Assembly (NCBI GenBank): GCA_009992175.1 | Contig: JAACWA010000010.1 | Coordinates: forward strand, 16,864 to 80,863 | Source of the DNA: an archaeon | GTDB taxonomy: Archaea > Nanobdellota > Nanobdellia > Pacearchaeales > GW2011-AR1 | DNA length: 64,000 bases | Direction: 5' to 3' | In this document: in pieces, positions 58,507 to 64,000 of the stretch | How the letters are laid out: each line of letters opens with the position of its first letter | Position numbering within the stretch: position 1 is the first letter of the stretch | Notes under the pieces: model-generated | Told to the model about the DNA's origin: nothing | Databases searched by the model: none | Seen by the model: only the letters and a program-made list of their open reading frames with translations | Program-made: the position numbers and the translations under genes

Positions 58507-58561
58507 GTTTTAAAGTGTTTTGGGGGATTTTTTAGTTGTTTTACTCTCTTTTTAGGGGAGA

Positions 58562-59295
58562 CTAAAATTCTTTTGCAAATTCTTTACTTAATTTTTCAAG
58601 TTCAGATTCTTCTTTCTTTTTTATAAAAGGTTTTTCAATTAAGTAGTAGAAAATATAGATACTTAGGTGACAAATTCCAAAGAAAATTAATCCTTCTAAG
58701 GATTGTATTACAATAGCTCCCACGTATCCATAAATATTTCCTATTCCATACATTGGATTTTTGAATGTTTTGTATGGCCCCGATTGAATAAATTTACCTC
58801 CCTTTTCATTCAAAAATAAATTTTTATAATAATAAATATCTAAACCAGAAATCCAAGTAGACCAAAATTTGACTCCAAAACTAAATATAAATAAAATTAT
58901 TCCTAAAGTCCAGGCTACCATCTCCGGAATATTAAAAGTATTTTGATTTGCAAGAACAAATTGAGTTATTGCAAATCCCCCGTTCATAAACATTAAACCC
59001 AAAATTAGACTATAAATGGAATAGGCTTTATCTTTACCAAATTTTTTAATCATCCATAATTTTATGTTTGTTCCAAGAATTAAGGAGTTTCCAATGTAAT
59101 AGAAAGTCCATCCAAAAATTGCATATGGGATCCAGAGATTATTTAGATAAACAAATTCACTTAGGAGATATGAAAAAATTGCAAGTGGAATCCATATCCA
59201 AAGAATTTTTACTTTTTCTAACCTTATTCCAATCATTCCAACTAAGATTAAAATTGTTTTCCAAATTTTATCTAATAAATACACTTTTTTTTCAT
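58562..59295 (-). CDS. PEMT/ICMT-like membrane methyltransferase (GTG start 59284, or ATG 59295 frameshifted in an A8 tract)
   Basis: GLDIYYY..LF, GPYKTFKNPMYG, IEKPF; multi-TM. Confidence 0.8.
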
Positions 59296-59296
59296 T

Positions 59297-59887
59297 TTAA
59301 ATTTCAAAAATAGTGGGAGTTCGAGAAACGTTCATAACTTGAGTATTATGAATTTTTTCAATTAAACCCCCTCCTTCGTGAATATGCCCACAGATTAAAA
59401 AATTGGGAGAAAATTTTTCTATTGCTTTTTTTATTCCAACTGATCCTGGAAAGCCCATTAATTCTATTTTACTTCCAGCGGGAGGGCAGTGAGTTATCAT
59501 TATTTTTTTCTTTAGGTTTTTTATTTTTTCATGGGAATTTTTTAATTCTTTAAAAATTTGATCTGAATCTTCTTTAAACCCCCAATCAACAGTTCCAGAA
59601 CCAAAAAATCCAACATTATTTATCTTTAAATTTTTCTTGTGAATACTTCTTAAATTGGGATACATTTTTTCCCACATCTTAACAGTACTTTCAGTTTCAT
59701 GGTTACTTGGAATTATTAATGCAGGTTTACTAGTTAATGGTCCAACCAACCCTTTTTCCATTTTTTCAAACCAAGTTTGGTCTCCTGCAAGAATTACCAA
59801 ATCAATATTTTCCTTTTCAATAAGTTTTTCAACTTTTTTTACAAGTCCAAGGTCTCCATGTATATCTGAAACTGCTAATATTTTCAT
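59297..59887 (-). CDS. metallophosphoesterase
   Basis: SDIHG, LAGD, SNHE, THCPP, CGHIHE. Confidence 0.92.
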   Translation of the reverse strand: MKILAVSDIHGDLGLVKKVEKLIEKENIDLVILAGDQTWFEKMEKGLVGPLTSKPALIIPSNHETESTVKMWEKMYPNLRSIHKKNLKINNVGFFGSGTVDWGFKEDSDQIFKELKNSHEKIKNLKKKIMITHCPPAGSKIELMGFPGSVGIKKAIEKFSPNFLICGHIHEGGGLIEKIHNTQVMNVSRTPTIFEI

Positions 59888-59936
59888 ATTTTTTTAAAAA
59901 GAAGCAGATTAATAAAATTTGTGAATTAGAATTTTT

Positions 59937-60241
59937 TTAATTCCCGTAATGTTTTATATCTTTTTTGTTTATCGAAGAAAGTATTTCTATGTCTAATCTA
60001 CAAAAGTGAAGAACTTCATTTGCTTCATAAGTTCTACCTTCATTATATAATTTTTCTGCTTGTTCAATTTCTGAGAATTCTTCCGGAATTTTATTTTTTT
60101 TAAAAAAACACAATTTTCATGATAAGCTGCTTCCAAGAAAACTATTTGGTTTGTTTCATTTATCAGACCATCCCCTGAAAAAGCATAATAACCCAATCCT
60201 TCCACCCTTCTTTCAAGTTTTCTAAGATCAATCTCATACAC
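59937..60241 (-). pseudogene. frameshifted hypothetical protein
   Basis: One more A in A8 60094-60101 gives an E-rich tail KIPEEFSEIEQAEKLYNEG...KHYGN ending at 59937. Confidence 0.5.
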
Positions 60242-60371
60242 TATTTTAAAATTAAGTAACTTGTTCTTTATTAATCTTTAAGTTTGTCACTATTTGTTCA
60301 ACATGAGGATTACAAAATGTTTATAAGGAAGGGGTTGTCATAAAATATATATTAAAATATACATATCCAAG

Positions 60372-60638
60372 ATGGAAGACAACTTTGATATCTTTTTCAG
60401 ACGGAAACCAGCGTTGATGCTTGTTTCTTTGAAAAAGAACACACGGATGAGGTATGGAAGTATCTTGGCTAAAGAAGTGGATTGCACTTATAGCCATGCG
60501 GTGAAAATACTGCAAACCCTTGAGAGTTTGAAGTTGGTTGAGTTTGATAAAAAAGGAAGAATCAAACTAATCAAACTAACTCCCAAAGGAAAACAAGTTG
60601 CAGATGCGATTGAGAATATTCAAGTTCTAGTCAAATAA
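60372..60638 (+). CDS. winged-helix DNA-binding protein
   Basis: FFRRKP, LAKEVDCTYSHAVKIL, K.GRIK.I.LT.KG. Confidence 0.88.
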   Translation: MEDNFDIFFRRKPALMLVSLKKNTRMRYGSILAKEVDCTYSHAVKILQTLESLKLVEFDKKGRIKLIKLTPKGKQVADAIENIQVLVK

Positions 60639-60718
60639 ACCGGATAGAGGTGATTACTATCCGCCCCTGAAAGCAGATTAACTCTTTTGTTAGTATGCAT
60701 TTTGTTTTTTTCTTTTTT

Positions 60719-61051
60719 TTAGCTTGTTTTTCTCCCTATTCTTTTCGATGTTCCACATTTCCCGCATTTTGAAAAAATTAAATTGTCTTCATCAGAATAA
60801 AAGATACCTAAATCAATTATTTGAGCCTTGTTATGTCCACATTTTGAGCAGAGGTGGTCATAAGTTGCATAAACGTTTTCTTCATTTGCAATTCCTTTCC
60901 CTTTTTTAATTTTTTCAGAAATTTTTTCTTTAGAATTAATAATTTTTGTTTTTTGAATTAATCCACAAGATTTACATTGAACTTCGTGATTTTTTTTAGA
61001 ATTTAAAGGGGGCAGGATGTTTTTGCATTTTATGCAAAAACTTATTCCCAT
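60719..61051 (-). CDS. transcription factor S-like paralogue (divergent)
   Basis: FCIKC...CKSCG; CSKCGH...YSDED...CGKCG; start at MGISF. Confidence 0.85.
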   Translation of the reverse strand: MGISFCIKCKNILPPLNSKKNHEVQCKSCGLIQKTKIINSKEKISEKIKKGKGIANEENVYATYDHLCSKCGHNKAQIIDLGIFYSDEDNLIFSKCGKCGTSKRIGRKTS

Positions 61052-61130
61052 TAAAATCAAATTTGATTGAAGTATAAAAAGATTCCGATTAACAAAATTT
61101 TTAAACAACTTATTTCTTTAGACTTCATAT

Positions 61131-61247
61131 GGCTCCGTAGCTCAGCCTGGTCAGAGCACTAGACTCTTAAGCATGATTTCATCATACGTTCTTCACGAAG
61201 CTTGCGAAGAAATCTAGGTGTCGTGGGTTCAAATCCCATCGGGGCCA
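61131..61247 (+). tRNA. tRNA-Lys(CTT) with 42-nt intron at 37/38 (61170-61211)
   Basis: GGCTCCG/CGGGGCC acceptor, CTAGA-CTCTTA|intron|A-TCTAG, GTGGG-TTCAAAT-CCCAT. Confidence 0.92.
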
Positions 61248-61254
61248 TATTCCC

Positions 61255-61701
61255 CTATTCAGAATTATTTTTTTTAGAGAAATTTCCATTACTGGCTTCA
61301 AATTCATATCCTTTTTTCAAATTCATTTTTTCAACTTTTTTGATAAATTCTTCATAATTAGGAAGATTCCGATAAACCACTTCTTGACCTCTTTTTTTTG
61401 CGGCTTCAATTCCATATTCCATTCCCTTTGAAATACCTCTGTCTTGATAGACTATTCTTTTTTTTGCTAACTCTCCCCAAGCTATTCCGGCATTTATTCC
61501 AAGCATACGTTCCTCTTCAATTTTATCATCTAGTATTCCATCTTGAGTATAAAATAAATGTGAAGCATAAGGAAACTCCCCTTTCAATAAAGAATCATGA
61601 ATACAAGCTCTTGCATAAAGAATATTAATTTCGGTTTCAGAATAATCTTTTCCCCTAAATGGGCTTTCAACAACAACTAATTTTTCAAGATTATCTTCCA
61701 T
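61255..61701 (-). CDS. DUF4406/nucleoside deoxyribosyltransferase-like protein, common in phages
   Basis: VVVESPFRG, YARAC, P.ASHL.YTQ, LDD...ER.LG, GIS.GM..GI..A. Confidence 0.75.
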   Translation of the reverse strand: MEDNLEKLVVVESPFRGKDYSETEINILYARACIHDSLLKGEFPYASHLFYTQDGILDDKIEEERMLGINAGIAWGELAKKRIVYQDRGISKGMEYGIEAAKKRGQEVVYRNLPNYEEFIKKVEKMNLKKGYEFEASNGNFSKKNNSE

Positions 61702-61806
61702 TTTTTAGTAGAACTATTTTTATTAATAAATATAATTCTTATCTAAAATATATGTTTTGTGGAGAACAACTTAATTTAAAAAGACTTTTTGCTTGATTAG
61801 ATAAAG

Positions 61807-62505
61807 ATGAGCAATGTAAAAAAATTTGCTTCTGAGAATTTAGTTACTTATAAAAAATCAGATGAGTCCATAAAATCTATTGAACAAGGATTAAATCTTG
61901 AAATTTCTGACAATTTACTTGCTCCTTTAAAATCAGGTGATTTGGCTTTTAAAATTTTGGAGAAGGGAATAAAAGCTACATTTATCACGCCAGATAAAAG
62001 GCAATATGATTATTTTAATTTAAGACTGGAGGCTTTAAAGAACGGGGACGTTGATAGTTTCTTAGTAAATATTCCACATGCAAGTGTTTTGCAAATAAAT
62101 AATCCAAAATTAAAAAAGATTATTTCTCAAAGGGATGAATATCTCTCCAACTTTAATTTTGATAAAATTTTAAGTAATTTGGATAAAGTTAATTTTGTTG
62201 AGGGGATGAGTTTATTTGAGAATTCTTTTGATTTTTTAGATTATAATAAAATTTATCTTTCTAATGAGATAGAAGGAGTTTGTAAAACTCCTTGTTTAAG
62301 GAATCTTTATTTTCAAAAATTTTCCCAAAATTTTAAAATAGGTACAATTTTTTATCTTTCCAAAACAAAAAATGATTCTGGGCACTTAAATTCTGATTAT
62401 TCTTTGGCGGGACTTTTAATTTCTAAGAATTTAACTCGAAAGGCAAAAAAGTATGAGAAATATTGGGATCCAGTTGTTTATGTTAAAGAAAAAATAGAAT
62501 TTTAA
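61807..62505 (+). CDS. hypothetical protein
   Basis: 232-aa ORF, TTTAAAA ~30 nt upstream. Confidence 0.7.
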   Translation: MSNVKKFASENLVTYKKSDESIKSIEQGLNLEISDNLLAPLKSGDLAFKILEKGIKATFITPDKRQYDYFNLRLEALKNGDVDSFLVNIPHASVLQINNPKLKKIISQRDEYLSNFNFDKILSNLDKVNFVEGMSLFENSFDFLDYNKIYLSNEIEGVCKTPCLRNLYFQKFSQNFKIGTIFYLSKTKNDSGHLNSDYSLAGLLISKNLTRKAKKYEKYWDPVVYVKEKIEF

Positions 62506-62506
62506 T

Positions 62507-62812
62507 TTATCTGTAATCCCTTTTAGTATGTCCACATTTTGCACATTTAAAGAATTTTGTTGGAGATTCATCACTTGAACGGGTTTGAACCATCCAAAAA
62601 TACGCTCTTTCATGTCCACATTTAGGGCAAGTTTCATTAACCACAGGTTCTGTTTTAAAGTCTTTTTTTAGAACTGCAATTTCTGGGTGGTCTTCAATTT
62701 TTTCTTTTGTAGAGAGGGTTACAGCCCCTTTTTTAGTATATCCACATCTAGAACAAGAGCTATTTTTTATCTTCATCATTAAGACTGAACCACATTTTGG
62801 GCAAAATTCCAT
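62507..62812 (-). CDS. tfs: transcription factor S
   Basis: MEFCPKCG, CPKCGH, QTRSSDESPT.FFKC..CG. Confidence 0.95.
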   Translation of the reverse strand: MEFCPKCGSVLMMKIKNSSCSRCGYTKKGAVTLSTKEKIEDHPEIAVLKKDFKTEPVVNETCPKCGHERAYFWMVQTRSSDESPTKFFKCAKCGHTKRDYR

Positions 62813-62864
62813 AGGGTTCCAAATGAGAGAATCATTTATATAATTTATGTTTCTCTTTTATTTC

Positions 62865-63254
62865 ATGATTATCAAGAATGTAATCATTTCAATTGATGAC
62901 TTAGTTATTGAAAGGTCAAAAGAATTAGTTAAAGAGTTCAATTTAGATATTTCTCAAATTCCAAAAGATTTTCTAGAAATTTTTTTAATTAAGAAATCCA
63001 AAAAATCAGGAATAAAATTAACCAAAGAGAGCCCACTTAATATTTATAACATTTATTCTAAAAAATTTGCTTCTTCTGCAGTAATTAATTACGAATTATC
63101 CAAAAGAAAGTCAATATGGTTTGTTAAAGATGAAGGATTGTTTAAAATCACAGGAAGTGAAAACTTTAATTATTATTTTTTGGAAGCACAAAGAGATGAT
63201 ATGACCTCTTGCTCTTTAATAAAAAGTCAGTTAGATTATTACAATTCCCTTTAA
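62865..63254 (+). CDS. hypothetical protein
   Basis: ORF filling gap; TTTATATAA ~30 nt upstream of ATG 62865. Confidence 0.6.
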   Translation: MIIKNVIISIDDLVIERSKELVKEFNLDISQIPKDFLEIFLIKKSKKSGIKLTKESPLNIYNIYSKKFASSAVINYELSKRKSIWFVKDEGLFKITGSENFNYYFLEAQRDDMTSCSLIKSQLDYYNSL

Positions 63255-63257
63255 TTT

Positions 63258-63884
63258 TTAATTCTCATTACAAAATCCTCTTTCTTCAGAAGATTTTGCA
63301 TTTTCAAAGAAAATCAATTTTATCCATCCAAGGTATGGAGCAACATTTGCAATGGGCCTTCCCACAAGTTGGCTTTGGTTTATCTCTTTTTCAATAAATA
63401 GTTGTCCATTATTGTTGTCTCCCCTTGTTGAAAAAGTGTAAATTCCATTTTCTTCTTTTATACTCATTATCCTATGGATTATTGGGTTTCTTTCTCCAGC
63501 ATTAAAAATTATAATTTCTCCAACTTTTACTTTTTCTGGTTTTATTCCTGTGACAAAGAGAATATCTCCTTTGTTGAATCCATTTTTGAATGGGAATTCC
63601 AAAAAGGCTGTTTTTATTATCTCTTCTTGAAAATATTTTCTTTCATGGATTTTCCACCAATTGTCAAAGTTAGAGAATAAATTCCCTCCGTGGTACATTG
63701 AACAAGATTCAACAATCACAAGGGGAAGGGGAGTTCCAGAAGCAAGAGTTAGGAGGGGAAAGAAGATAAGTTTTATCACTATAAGTAAAAAGATTATTGA
63801 AAATATCCATCCTTTAAATGAATCATCTTGCCATACAACAAACCAAAATTTTTTGAAAAACTTTTTCAAATCACCTTTTTTCAT
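63258..63884 (-). CDS. signal peptidase I (archaeal Sec11 type)
   Basis: VESCSM, KGD, PIIHR, TRGDNN, PYLGW. Confidence 0.93.
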   Translation of the reverse strand: MKKGDLKKFFKKFWFVVWQDDSFKGWIFSIIFLLIVIKLIFFPLLTLASGTPLPLVIVESCSMYHGGNLFSNFDNWWKIHERKYFQEEIIKTAFLEFPFKNGFNKGDILFVTGIKPEKVKVGEIIIFNAGERNPIIHRIMSIKEENGIYTFSTRGDNNNGQLFIEKEINQSQLVGRPIANVAPYLGWIKLIFFENAKSSEERGFCNEN

Positions 63885-64000
63885 AATTGAAAAGAGGGAA
63901 ATTACTTTTATAACTATTTCCTTTTAAGGGGTCCTTTTATCCATAAGCTTTTTAAATGTATACACAATGTATATACATGCAAGATATATTTGAACATACA

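Noticed and set aside
52967..62560. 15-nt match TTTAAAGAATTTTGT between the orphan at 52886 and the antisense strand of tfs
   Set aside because: Short and AT-rich, so compatible with chance.
318..63927. Numerous 60-136 aa ORFs antisense to or overlapping recognised genes (e.g. 726-986, 22909-23217, 24213-24623, 39484-39804)
   Set aside because: Shadow ORFs with F/S/L/I-rich composition expected from the reverse strand of A-rich genes.

Overview
Very AT-rich, gene-dense archaeal chromosome segment, most consistent with a DPANN archaeon (Pacearchaeota/Woesearchaeota-like). The lineage is inferred from the gene set: TBP, MCM, aIF-1A, aIF-2beta, L15e, aRF1, GatD/GatE, RadB, NreA, Sec61beta, and almost no metabolic genes. 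The window has about 80 mostly monocistronic, apparently leaderless genes and four tRNAs: Arg-TCG, Asn-GTT, and intron-containing Ile-GAT and Lys-CTT. Several genes look bacterial-type (disA, mnmA, metG, KamA, SOD). No rRNA, CRISPR array, transposase, integrase or reverse transcriptase was seen. Main observations: (1) An exact 38-bp segment is shared between the antisense strand of mnmA and the sense strand of an orphan ORF 30 kb away. It is one of several short copied patches, which also include near-identical gatD/gatE promoters and a diverged duplicate of the gatE 3' end behind a structured inverted-repeat element. (2) About ten accessory genes are broken, mostly by 1-nt slips in A7/A8 tracts, while all housekeeping genes are intact. 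(3) A DisA + DHH/DHHA1 pair may be a c-di-AMP module. (4) Other unusual genes are a membrane-anchored Schlafen/AlbA_2 protein, an insertion-domain-less GatE, two TFS paralogues and a 26-aa hyper-acidic micro-ORF. All calls come from motif recognition by eye; no database searches were run.
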